This document shows positions 20,116 to 32,560 of a stretch of 64,000 bases of DNA, in pieces (the stretch's first letter is position 1; every line of letters starts with the position of its first letter). The stretch is from positions 1 to 64,000 of the forward strand of contig NIVC01003205.1 in the NCBI GenBank assembly GCA_002269645.1. The letters are read 5' to 3'. This DNA is from Macrostomum lignano (taxonomy: Eukaryota). A program made the position numbers and the translations under genes. The notes under the pieces are model-generated. The model ran no database searches. It saw nothing but the letters and a program-made list of their open reading frames with translations, and was not told the origin of the DNA.

Positions 20116-23100
20116 CTAGCAGTAGCTGCAGGACGCTGGCCGGTGACCGCTCTGGTGCCGCGAGTCCGCCTGGGCGATCGAGCCGCTGGTTTGGAAGTTT
20201 TGCTTTGCCAGAAGCTTCCTGAAGATCATTGAATTGATAAGTCAAGTTTCAATCCATCAGCGCCGCTATTTAGGTCTTGGGTATTAATTATTATTAATAA
20301 CGGGGTATGATAGGGAATAAAAAAGAAACGAAGTTATATTGTTTCTTCAGCACTTCTTCATGATTTCGTTTACAACAAAAGCCATCAGCCATAGCCTCCT
20401 CCCCTCAGCCCTGCGAAGCCATTCAAACCATAGTCAGAAGCTGACCTAACTAGCACCAATCAGATCCCATGAGGCAAGTTGAGCAGCTATGTAATTCAGT
20501 AGTGCACTAAAATTGAGTTGTCATCATTCTGATTGTGTATTTGCCATCATGCTGATCGTGTATTTGCCATCATGCTGATCGTGTATTTGCCATCATGCTG
20601 ATCGTGTATTTGCCATCAATCTGATTGTGTATTTGCCATCATGCTGATCGTGTATTTGCCATCATGCTGATTGTGTGTTTGCCATCATGCTGATCGTGTA
20701 TTTGCCATCATGCTGATCGTGTATTTGCCATCAATCTGATTGTGTATTTGCCATCATGCTGATCGTGTATTTGCCATCATGCTGATTGTGTGTTTGCCAT
20801 CATGCTGATCGTGTATTTGCCAGCATGCTGATCGCGTATTTGCCATCATGCTGATCGTGTATTTGCCATCAATCTGATTGTGTATTTGCCATCATGCTGA
20901 TCGTGTATTTGCCATCATGCTGATCGTGTATTTGCCATCATGCTGATCGTGTATTTGCCATCATGCTGATCGTGTATTTGCCATCAATCTGATTGTGTAT
21001 TTGCCATCATGCTGATCGTGTATTTGCCATCATGCTGATTGTGTGTTTGCCATCATGCTGATCGTGTATTTGCCAGCATGCTGATCGTGTATTTGCCATC
21101 ATGCTGATCGTGTATTTGCGATCATGCTGATTGTGTATTTGGCATCATTCTGATCGTGTATTTGCCATCATGCTGATCGTGTATTTGCCATCAATTTTGC
21201 CATCATGCCATCATGCTGATAGTGTATTTGCCATCATGCTGATCGTGTATTTGCGATCATGCTGATTGTGTATTTGGCATCATGCTGATCGTGTATTTGC
21301 CATCATTCTGATCGTGTATTTGCCATCAATTTTGCCATCATGCCATCATGCTGATTGTGTATTTGCCATCATGCTAATCGTGTATTTGCGATCATGCTGA
21401 TTGTGTATTTGGCATCATGCTGATCGTGTATTTGCCATCATGCTGATCGTGTATTTGCCATCATTCTGATCGTGTATTTGCCATCATTCTGATTGTGTAT
21501 TTGCCATCATGCTGATCGTGTATTTGCCATCATTCTGATCGTGTATTTGCCATCATTCTGATCGTGTATTTGCCATCAATTTTGCCATCATGCCATCATG
21601 CTGATTGTGTATTTGCCATCATGCTAATCGTGTATTTGCGATCATGCTGATTGTGTATTTGCCATCATGCTGATCGTGTATTTGCCATCATGCTGATCGT
21701 GTATTTGCCATCATTCTGATCGTGTATTTGCCATCATTCTGATTGTGTATTTGCCATCATGCTGATCGTGTATTTGCCAGCATGCTGATCGTGTATTTGC
21801 CATCATTCTGATCGTGTATTTGCCATCAATTTTGCCATCATGCCATCATGCTGATTGTGTATTTGCCATCATGCTAATCGTGTATTTGCGATCATGCTGA
21901 TTGTGTATTTGCCATCATGCTGATCGTGTATTTGCCATCATTCTGATCGTGTATTTGCCATCATTCTGATCGTGTATTTGCCATGAATCTGATAGTGTAT
22001 TTGCCATCATGCTGATCGTGTATTTGCCATGAATCTGATCGTGTATTTGCCATCAATTTTGCCATCATGCTGATCGTGCATTTGCCATCATGCTGATCGT
22101 GTATTTGCCATCAATCTGATCGTGTATTTGCCATCATGCTGATCGTGTATTTGCCATCATGCTGATTGTGTATTTGCCATCATGCTGATCGTGTATTTGC
22201 CATCATGCTGATTGTGTATTTGCCATCATGCTGATCGTGTATTTGCCAGCATGCTGATCGTGTATTTGCCATCATGCTGATCGTGTATTTGCCATCATGC
22301 TGATCGTGCATTTGCCATCATGCTGATCGTGTATTTGCCATCATGCTGATCGTGTATTTGCCATCATTCTGATTGTGTATTTGCCATCATGCTGACCGTG
22401 TGATGACTGAAAACACCAACTGAAAACTGATGCGTCGCACGATATTTCAAGCTGATAAATACAAATTTACGTACTTTGTCCGGATCGCTGCAGCTTGGGC
22501 GAGATGGACCAGTGAAGGCTTGAATTTCATAGTTAACGTGGAAATCGTTATAGCACGCTTTTCAAGAGCATCTAGGCAGAAGAAGAAAGGCAACTTACCG
22601 TCCTATTGTTTGGAAGCAGAGGTCAACATTGTGCCCCGTCCTGGCGCTCGTCTCCATAAAACACATTATGTCGCACTCCTGTGGGCAGCATTGAAATCAA
22701 AATGACCCCCTTGATTTTCTGGATTGAAAACTCAGAATTAACCTGTGTGACCCACCTGAGCTAGCCGCTGCCCTTCGTGAGCGCTAACCTGCCTTTCAGA
22801 GTCCAGATCAGCCTTGTTGGCTACCAAAATGATGAATACATCCTCAGAGCCGTATTCGCGAATTTCCGTGAGCCAGGAGCGGACACTGCTGAATGTCTGG
22901 CGGCTGGTCAGATCGTAGAATAGCAGAATAGCTGTGCTCGGCAAAAAGTCGGATTGAGAGCTTCCAGCTCACTGAGACTGTTTTCATTGATGCAGTCACT
23001 CAACAGACCTATGCTTTCGCTTCTGCACTTGTCTAAATTAATTCTTCCCATCTCAGCCTCTTGCCTACCTGCCGGTTCTTCTTTATACTCGAATTTAAGC

Positions 23101-24526
23101 AAATGACCGCTGCCTTTTATCACGCTTACTTTTTAACTACTCGTAACTCTAGTCGAATGGTTTTGTCACTTTGGAACTACTAAAGTAGGAATTCACATTT
23201 CCATGATAGCAATACACTTGCGCATGCGCGTGAAAGAGGAAACGGTTTGTAATGCTCACAGTCAGCATCTCTGTAGTACGCACTGGTGATGCTCCGATAT
23301 CGCTCCGTACCGGCCGTGTCCCAGACCTGAAAGATGGGACACGTGCTGCATGGTTGGTCAATTGCATGAGCGCAAAGTTTTCAGCTCTCTGGGTTTAAAA
23401 TGTGGAAAGAATAAATATCTGCTCAAGAGAAAGATGATTCACATTCTAGAAGCTTCTATATTTTTCTTACTTCATGTTTCTTCATCAGAAATAGCTCGTA
23501 GTCCTGGGCAATACAGTAGAAACATATACGTATGCATCCTAGCAGCATAGATTTCGTCAAACTACATGTAGCTTTGTGAGCAATTGGAATTATTCTAATT
23601 GAGCTTAAAGTGAACTGTAAAAGTACGAGCGTATATTTTACCTGAAAGCGAACTCTGTAGCCATCCACTGGCAGTGTTTTGCTCTGGAATAAACATATAT
23701 ATAAATTACTGACTGAGGATCTGGGAGGCTGCCAAGCTGCAAAACGATTGCATGTACGAGTCTTGAAGCATAGAATTTGTAAAGACGGTCTCTTTGATCG
23801 TGGGCTCATAGTGCCCGGAGGGTGCAAGTGTCCCTGGGGGGGCCTTTCAGGTGAATGACCGCGCTCTTAGCCGCGTGGGCTGTCTGCGCAAGGTGAACTG
23901 ACCTGCGCAGGGAACTGGTAAATGGACCACTTGGTATCGCCATGAGCCTCAAAAGTTAGTGCCCCTACTATAGTGTGACCGATTTAATTTTTTAACATTC
24001 TACATCTACATTTCAGCAACATGAAACATGAATTGGCTCGAAAGGTTCCAATGGGGAAGTCTCGGCAATAGAAAAGCTGTGACACATATATATGCCCCAG
24101 GCCGCCGAAACATCGTCATAAAATGGACGGGAAAACCTCGTCAGGAAGAAATGAGATGCTCGCTGAAAAAATAGCACCTCATAGATCGTTCTCCATCATC
24201 TATTAAGTTAATTTGCATGAGACGCACATCTTAGTATGCCTTAAAAGATTTAAGAACTGAGAGTAAGAAGGTGAAAAAATACAGCGAACCCTGTAGTCGA
24301 CCCCGACCGTGCTGATGAAAGTGCTGCCGGGAAACTTGGCGTCCTTGAACTGGTGCATAAAGCTGGTCTTGCCGGTGCCGCTGTCGCCAACCAGCATCAC
24401 CTTGCACGATACATCGAAGGGATCGATGCTGATAGACTTCTTCAGCAAGCACCGGCCTGGCTCCTCCTCTGCGTCCGAGTCGCCCGGCAGGGCAAACCGA
24501 ACTCCCGATGCTTCCGAGGCCAGTTC
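20116..24526 (-). CDS. Rab26/Rab37-like small GTPase (5' end not located), 6 exons
   Basis: Exons 24526-24290, 23683-23642, 23326-23260, 22931-22756, 22678-22599, 20218-20116; all phases match. KVMLVGDSGTGKT, STVGVDYR, WDTAGTERYRS, NKAD, ETSAR, C-terminal ...ASCSYC*. FKDAKFPGSTFISTVG is Rab26/37-like. Confidence 0.9.
20518..22401. repeat. Satellite-like array, 23-bp unit, ~80 copies, in the last Rab intron
   Basis: ttgccatcatgctgatcgtgtat, with recurring variants (atcaatctgatt, cattctgatc, gcgatcatg, aattttgccatcatgcc). Confidence 0.97.
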
Positions 24527-25659
24527 CTATCCTGCAAAAGCGCACACATGGCTGTATCTGAGTGGAAGATCAAAATTATGCAAACCACAATGGCTGAAAT
24601 AATCCACAGTGTATATGCTGCATAATTAAGTATGTACAAGCTTCTGCTGCAATTTCATTTACAATTGAAGACTTACAAAACACGGCTGTGTGCACAAATG
24701 CAACTCGTGTTGGTCGGATAAAACAAAGCAAAACAGTAGATAAAGAGCTGAGTTAGGATTGCACTTGCAAGTCTTATACACGTGTAGCTCCGCTTGACTT
24801 TATGCACACAATTTTATTACTGCAAGCACAGCAGTTCATGCAACTGCGGGAGACTGATAAGATCGAGCATTTATAGCTATTTTTAACTGACGGACAGCGG
24901 TGTCACCAACAATTAATGTACAATTTGCATTTGCAGTGTTCGACTCTATATAGCTCGTACTGAAATAATGAGCGATTTAGATATAAATATAATAATAAGA
25001 AGCTGTGCATTTACATGTATCTAAAATACGCTCATAAGTTATAATCATACGAACTATGATCCACGAACTTTAATTAATGTATGAACATGTCGTTTAATGG
25101 CCTGCACTTTCCAATGCATGGACGTGATGGGTTTTTATAGGCATCAAAAACGCCTGGCAAAAGCGCCAGTCTCACAGAGTGGTCGAGGAGCTGGGTGTAA
25201 GAAAGCTGCACTTAACTGCAATCTGCAGCCTGTGCGATTCCAGCAAGCTGCATGCTGTCCATGCGGCGCTCACTGATCCTGATCCCTATTCAATCTGGAT
25301 TTCAGAGCTGTTTGCGCTCACAAGTCTTCTGCACAATGGTGCGAGTCACGACAGGCAGCTCTGGAAAATGACAAGCGAGAACTGTTGATAGGCAAAATGT
25401 TTCTTGAACTTTGTAGTAGGGATTCGAATATAAAACCTTTTGCAGTGCAGTGAACTCCTTATGTATTAGAGGCAGGCAGATGGCTGTGTGCACCCTGGCG
25501 CACTTTAAGCGACATTGTCACAACCGGCATATACTGGCCATTCCGCCGACTCCCCTGAGCAGGTAAACAAGCGCGCGGATACGTACGCTCAAGCACACAT
25601 GTAGCGGCCCTAACTTCATTTATCGTTAGGCATTTACACTTCACTGTGCCTTTGGGGGT

Positions 25660-25800
25660 TGGCCCTCAAAGGCGTTAATTGCATTCACGACCGAGCAGAG
25701 CCAAGCCGAGATTCCAATTTAGATCCAAATTAATGTGACTGCACTTGGAATCGAGCCTGGGCCGCTGGCACATAAGAGCGCTTGGCTACGTAAATACGAC
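25660..25800 (-). mobile_element. Possible tRNA-derived SINE head
   Basis: B-box-like GGCTCGATTCC (25757-25747) and A-box-like TAGCCAAGCG (25788-25779), but only ~21 nt apart; no complete cloverleaf. Confidence 0.3.
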
Positions 25801-25954
25801 CCCCCCCCTCCACAAATTCGATGGTGCTGCTAAGCGGTGCTGGTGTATAGTAGTTTTCTTTCTGTAACGCCTGGAAACACTTATGACTGCGAATTGTTTT
25901 TTGTAGTCCTTTAGTATTTTTATATGCAATTAATTAAGTATTGCATATATTGCA

Positions 25955-26095
25955 TAGCTGGAGTCGCCGACGGCGCAACAAGTCGCTTGGACAGACCAGG
26001 CCGGCGCGGCGATACAAAGCCGCGTTGGTCACTCGCTCGTAGCCGATCTTGAAGGCGGGGCGCAGCAGCCCAGCGTGCACCGCGTCAACTTGTTG
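25955..26095 (-). mobile_element. Short LINE RT 3' fragment
   Basis: Minus frame QQVDAVHAGLLRPAFKIGYERVTNAALYRRAGLVCPSDLLRRRRLQL is homologous to the LINE at 46650-47690 (VDAAHAGLPRAVYK / TNAALYRRTGLYRPSELFRCRRLQL). Confidence 0.75.
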
Positions 26096-27207
26096 CCCAC
26101 CCACACCCTAGTATATATCAACACAGTATAAAATTATTCGCCTAAGATTGAATGCAATGGTTTTTTAGGCATTTCACAAATTGTAAAGGCTACTGAGAGT
26201 CGAATCCAAATCTACTCAAAATCGACTAGCCCCACTTGTGTTCAGATACCAAATCTGATTTCGTTAGCTCCTACATGATGCCACTTCTCAACTATCAGTG
26301 CACTCGCAATCACAACTGCCACCGGCTTCACGACAGCATTAATATTCACAAATACGGGTATTGCATAAGTTTGCAGTCCTTTTGCAAAATATACATTTAA
26401 GAAGAGCTTTATTATTGAAGATGCTGCACTTTTCTTTACTAAATAACTATATTGTAGTAAAGATAAAATTTTAAAGACTACTTTATTTAATGAATTGGTT
26501 AACAAACTAATTTGAAAAAACATGATCACACAGACGGAACTACTCCAAACTACGGATGAGTAACTAAAACAGTAATAGGAAGCAAAAGCCAAAAATAACT
26601 ACTGATCAGTAGACACAACAGATAATGAGCAGGAAGAACATACAATATTTGTTTCACTATTTGTGTACAAGTATCGATTAGTGAACCGAACCAGCCAACC
26701 TATTTAACAGAATACAGGAAAGATCTGCGCATGCTTGACTAGGCTACGAAATAATGTACCGATAAACATGCAGTTACAGTAGTGCTTATTGCAGTCATAT
26801 GCCATTCCTACACTGTAAATATTTTTCAATAAAAAACTGAATAAGGGTAGGTAAGGCAAATGAAAAAGCCCAGGTTCTGAAACACGATGGCCGTACAATT
26901 ACGAGTAATAAAACATGTAATCTGTGTAAAACAGTCAATATGACTCGTGTGCAATAAATGGCCGCATAGAAGTGAAATCAATTTCGGCAAGTAAACGACG
27001 CTTTAAAAATTGACTCAGATTGCAACTACTTTTTTCTAAATAGGCTTCGTTTTACAAGGGTTAAACAAACAAACATCGAAGAATATACTAACCGGTTGGG
27101 ATTGAATATCGCATCGAATAATGACGCATCTACTAGGCGGTAAGAGTTAAGAAAACCTGTCAAGTTGATAGTTGACTCCGCTCGTCTTCACTTGCTCCGG
27201 CAGACCT

Positions 27208-30200
27208 CTAATACTGAGAGTCAGAGAGGCGACTGGCGGCATAGTCAGTGCCGCGCTTCCTCAACTCGCCCTCAGCTGAAAGCATCAGGAAAATGACAGC
27301 AAATTTAGTTACATAATATACACAATACACCAGTCACTGAAGCAAACTTGCTACTTTTATTGCTTTAGTTGACGCGAAACTAAATAAATTGTAAGTAATT
27401 TTCTTCAGCTTCTCGAACTCACTTTCGAAAGCTCTATGTCAAATACAATCAATTTCAAACTAATTTTGCATTTGCAAGTTCTAGTGGGAAAGCCTTGTGC
27501 TGGGAAATGTTCTGAAATACGAAACTGTTAAAGCAAATAATCCAATTTATCCAGGTAGATTAGTAGAAACGCACTGTCTAGCTAGGCCAGAGAAACTTCA
27601 AAGAGGACCAGCAGAGAGAGTACAAGGACAAAGTAGAAAGGTCAGGAAGAAACACACAAGACTACGGGAGGAAGGAAACAACAAATGGCACACACAGAAA
27701 GTACGGTTGCGAATGCAGCACGAACAGGAGGGTGATAGAAAACCTTGCCATTTGCTTAACTTTTGGGCCTTAAACATGGGCAAAGCTTTTCTGCACTGCC
27801 TACTTCAACTTCAAGAACGAAGGAATAAATGTCAAGGGTTAAGCTTCGCGAGGATGACTGGAAAATAATTGAATAATGACAGTACCTTTGAAGCAATGCT
27901 AGACACTAAAGTAGATCAAGTAACAGACGAAAGAAAACTACGTTTACGAACAGCTAACACTTACGACCCATAGATGAATAACATATTCGCAATGACATAC
28001 TCGTTGTTAACGTTATAGTGACAAGAATCGATATTGCAAACAACTCACTAGTGACACTGGCTACTCTGGGGCGACTCTTGTGACTTTTTAACGACTCGAA
28101 CGATTGTAATGCGACGGAGGCGACTGTTGAGTCACGAGCGCATCACGTGAGTTGTATAATTTTAAGAGTCACGAAAGTCGCCCAAGAGTCGTTGTGTTAG
28201 CGTTTAACCTTACTACAAACAAGTAGACTAAATAGACTTTTATAATATGAAATGCGATTCTAATGCATACTCGTAAAGTGACGCAGATGCACTTTAGACG
28301 CAAACCCAGTGACTCTTCACTCTACAGCGACTCCAGCACGCAAACAGAGTTATTTGCGTCGCCCCAAAGTCACTAGAGTCGCGCCCAAAGTAATTTGCGT
28401 CACCCCAGAGTCACTAGGGTCGCGAACAGAGTTATTGCGTCACCCCAGAGTCACTAGGGTCGCGAACAGAGTTATTGCGTCACCCCAGAGTCACTAGGGT
28501 CGCGAACAGAGTTATTGCGTCACCCCAGAGTCACTAGGGTCGCGAACAGAGTTATTGCGTCACCCCAGAGTCACTAGGGTCGCGAACAGAGTTATTGCGT
28601 CACCCCAGAGTCACTAGAGTCGCGAACAGAGTTATTGCGTCACCCCAGAGTCACTAGGGTCGCGAACAGAGTTATTGCGTCACCCCAGAGTCACTAGGGT
28701 CGCGAACAGAGTTATTGCGTCACCCCAGAGTCACTAGGGTCGCGAACAGAGTTATTGCGTCACCCCAGAGTCACTAGGGTCGCGAACAGAGTTATTGCGT
28801 CACCCCAGAGTCACTAGAGTCGCGAACAGAGTTATTGCGTCACCCCAGAGTCACTAGAGTCGCGAACAGAGTTATTGCGTCACCCCAGAGTCACTAGAGT
28901 CGCGAACAGAGTTATTGCGTCACCCCAGAGTCACTAGGGTCGCGAACAGAGTTATTGCGTCACCCCAGAGTCACTAGGGTCGCGAACAGAGTTATTGCGT
29001 CACCCCAGAGTCACTAGGGTCGCGAACAGAGTTATTGCGTCACCCCAGAGTCACTAGGGTCGCGAACAGAGTTATTGCGTCACCCCAGAGTCACTAGGGT
29101 CGCGAACAGAGTTATTGCGTCACCCCAGAGTCACTAGAGTCGCGAACAGAGTTATTGCGTCACCCCAGAGTCACTAGGGTCGCGAACAGAGTTATTGCGT
29201 CACCCCAGAGTCACTAGAGTCGCGCCCAGTCATTTTCGTCACTTGAATCGTAGACAGTAAAACTCCTCAAATTGACTCTTTAGTGAATTGTACCATGACA
29301 TCTTGTCGTTTTAGAGTCGTCTAGAGTCACTTATTTCTTTTTTTACCTATGTTACCTGCAACGAATCTGAAACAACGCAAATGACTCTGGGACGCTTATT
29401 GACCTAGGTACTGTTTCGATTGGGATAAGCCTATGGGTATTTTGTTGTACTTTTTATTTGCAACTCAGTTTGTCATAAATTACCATAGACTAATTTCCTT
29501 TTACAGTTCTTTCTCGCAGTTAAGTTTCTCGCCCCAAGCCCTCTCGTCTTTAACTCATAAAATATATTGCAATTCAAATCTAACTTAAGTTGTAGTTTCA
29601 CTACAAATTGGTCCGGTGAGGCGGCGAAAGATATTACTCGCATACTCAATACTCACAGAAGACAAATCCAATGACGGACAGTGCAAGCAACAATTCCGCT
29701 CCTACACCACCTACAACCACTGAGTTGATCTGCCTAGTATCGCTGAAGCACAACGACCGGAGTCGTTCTCAGCTGCACCAAATATTCGATCGTATTCTCT
29801 GGACAAAGACGTCGTCGTTTGGAGTGAGACGTCAACGCCGTATCCTCGCCCGATCATTCCGCCGTCCCTCCGCGACGCCGTGATTGCCTCCTTCCATCGA
29901 CTTGGTCATTTCGGCTACCGTAAAACAGCAAAACTCATCACAGAACGTTACTTTTGGCCCGGAATGCGCAAGTCCATCAAGACCTACTGCTGGAACTGCC
30001 AGGACTGCCAACGGAGTAAAGTCACTCGCCACACTGTCTCCCCGCAACAGGCCTTCGCATTACCATCAAATCGCTTTGAGGCGGTACACATCGATATTGT
30101 GGGACCACTTCCACCCCCAGCCCTCTCGCCCCAAGCCCTCTCGTCTTTAACTCATAAAATATATTGCAATTCAAATCTAAGTTAAGTTGTAGTTTCACTA

Positions 30201-30629
30201 CAAGCCAAATACAATAGTTATGGCACAACAATGGCTTACCCTCATTGACTAACTGTCCAGCGGCATCCTGCATTTTGTCAATAGTGTCATCAATGCGCTT
30301 CTGGTGCTTGATCACGAATGGGCGGATAACACGGTTGTACAGAAGCACAGACCCATTGGCCTGGATGGGTACCATCAGATATATTAGGAATATGCACTTG
30401 ATGAAGGCATACAGTGGAATCCACCACAGGAAAATGTCAGTAAAGGTCTCGAGCAGACTGAAGCCAGCATATACAACCCAGTAGGTGAGCCACTTTGTAT
30501 CGTCGTCTTTGGCACGAGTCTCGATAGCTTTAACGGAGGCATAGGCTGGATAGAGGAAGCCAATGAAATTAGCTAGGAACTGGGAGCCATAGCCAAACAT
30601 AAGATAGATGGCTATGAAGACCAGGATAC
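27208..30629 (-). CDS. REEP5: REEP5/DP1/Yop1 (TB2/DP1, HVA22 family) ER-shaping protein, 3' exons only
   Basis: Exon 30629-30240 (GILVFIAIYLMFGYGSQFLANFIGFLYPAYASVKAIE...DDTKWLTYWVVY...), bounded by tttag| and G|GTAAGC. Probable last exon 27275-27208 (AEGELRKRG...Y*) is phase compatible. 5' exon not found. Confidence 0.88.
28345..29229. repeat. Minisatellite, 40-bp unit, ~21 copies, in a REEP5 intron
   Basis: gcgtcaccccagagtcactagggtcgcgaacagagttatt, period 40, with a g/a variant (ctagggt/ctagagt). Confidence 0.97.
29527..30202 (+). mobile_element. Internally deleted Ty3/Gypsy LTR retrotransposon remnant
   Basis: 79-bp direct repeats at 29527-29605 and 30124-30202 (1 mismatch) ending in ...cactaCA. 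PBS TGGTCCGGTGAGGCGG at 29609. Gag-like start at 29671. Integrase HHCC (HRLGHFG...YFWPGM...CWNCQDC) and core start HIDIVGPLP. Confidence 0.85.
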
Positions 30630-32560
30630 CTAAAAAGAGAATGATATTTACTGTTAATATCTTAAGAGAATGGAACTTAGAAGTTGAAAAAATTCTCATT
30701 TATAACCCAATACAAAGAGAAAAACTGCACATTTTGCAATGCTCATTGCTTTATCTACCTATTTTAATAGCTGTTGACTTTTTTTCCATTTTTTACTAAT
30801 TAACAACATATATAAGGTTTCATATAACCTTTAATTTTAAAGTTCATAAAAATTGCCTAACTTAACAACTACAATATTTTAATAGATACTTATTGAAATT
30901 AAGTCTGATCTAGAGTCCAACCAAGATCTCAATCTCAATTTCAAAATTTCAAGACTCAGCCTTTTTGGGTCATTTGTGCATAATGCAGAATTAGCACTTT
31001 TTTGTTTGCTAGTGTATTGACGGCTTCTTCAATTAAAATACATTAACATTGTATTTCTACGAAACAGATTCAAATACAAGTTTTATTGGTATTTTTAAGG
31101 GAAATTACAGATTTTTGTTTGTTTTTTGCAAAAAAAAGTTCAAGCACATGGCACAATCAAACTATTTTGCAGTGTTGGGCAAAGTTCTGGCACTTCCAGC
31201 ACGTTTAGTACCAGAAGTTACTTTTTTCAAAGCAGCACTTTTTTCCAGTTCTTTTTTTAGAATGCCAGACTTTAGTAATGGAAGTTACTTTTTGATAAGT
31301 CCAGTCCTCCAGTACTTGAAAATGAAATTTTAGGTGCCAAACAGTCAATATAGCACAAAAAATTTCCTAAAAGTGCAAAAATATAAAGTTAAAAAAGATT
31401 ATCCTAGATCATGTGGTTTTTACTTTTTAAGTTAAAGCACATTTTTAGCATCATATTAGTTTAAATTAAAGACAGTTTTGAGCATATACTTAAAAATCCA
31501 AAGATGAAAGACCTGCCAACTTAAGCTTATATAATGGAGCCAAAATAATCTATATACACAAATGATATATCATTCTGCTCATAGTAGAAAGCTAGGTTTG
31601 GCAAAAAATAATGCAAATTAGATTTAAGATAGGGGACCCAAGCAAGGGTTTAATTAGGGACTTCAATTAAAAAATTCCTATTAAAAAAGAACCAAAAGGA
31701 ATGCCAATATACCAAAAACTGCTTAACACATTTATTTTACATTTTATTCACTTTTAAAATCACTTTAAATCATCACTGCAAGGCATTAAAATGTAGCATA
31801 AAAAGTTATAGAAGCATAGCTTATATTCACTTTTGTTATACAATCATTTAAATGATGAAATTATATGTAAGTGATTATAAGACAAAACTGAAAGAGCTTA
31901 TAGGTTTTGAATTATGGTCATACCAATAGTAGAATTGTATCAGAACTGTATCACAAAATTGAATGGAATAGTAGGGTCCCAAATTAGCAATTTGATCATT
32001 TTTATTCTATAGACACAAAGTCCCAGTTCACATTAAACATTATACCTCTATCAATAATTTGTAGGGTTGAGAACAAAAATATTTGTTATAATAAGGTTTT
32101 GCACTTTACCTTCACTTTTGTCTTACAATCTTTCCTCAATATAAAACATACATCTATTTTACTAAGGAGATTATGAAACAAAAGTGAGGGGAAACATAAG
32201 TAAGTACATTAGTTATAATAAATGTCTCTTTCTTGATTTGTAGAATATCCAAGAAATAGCTAAGATAAAAAGCAGAATGTCCATCAGATGAAAATGTGAT
32301 CTAGCAAAAAATTATATTAGTTTAAATGATGAGCTACAATTCTTATTGTAGCAACAACAATTCTTATTGTAGCTTATCATTTGAACTAATATATGTTCTT
32401 ATCTATATAGCTCTAGCTCTAGATAGATGAGCTGGTATTTTTAGTTTTTAGTTTTTAGCTCTAGACTCTAGAGCTCTAGAGCATTATTCGTTTAATTTTG
32501 TACTAATGGCCATTGTACTTGCCTATTTACACTAACTTTAGCTTACACAAACCATGACCA

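Noticed and set aside
22572-22598. 27-nt intron giving a Rab ending GRCS*
   Set aside because: Implausibly short intron; the exon at 20218-20116 gives a normal hypervariable tail and a two-Cys end.
25720-25800. Functional tRNA gene
   Set aside because: A/B box spacing is too short and there is no cloverleaf; kept only as a low-confidence SINE head.
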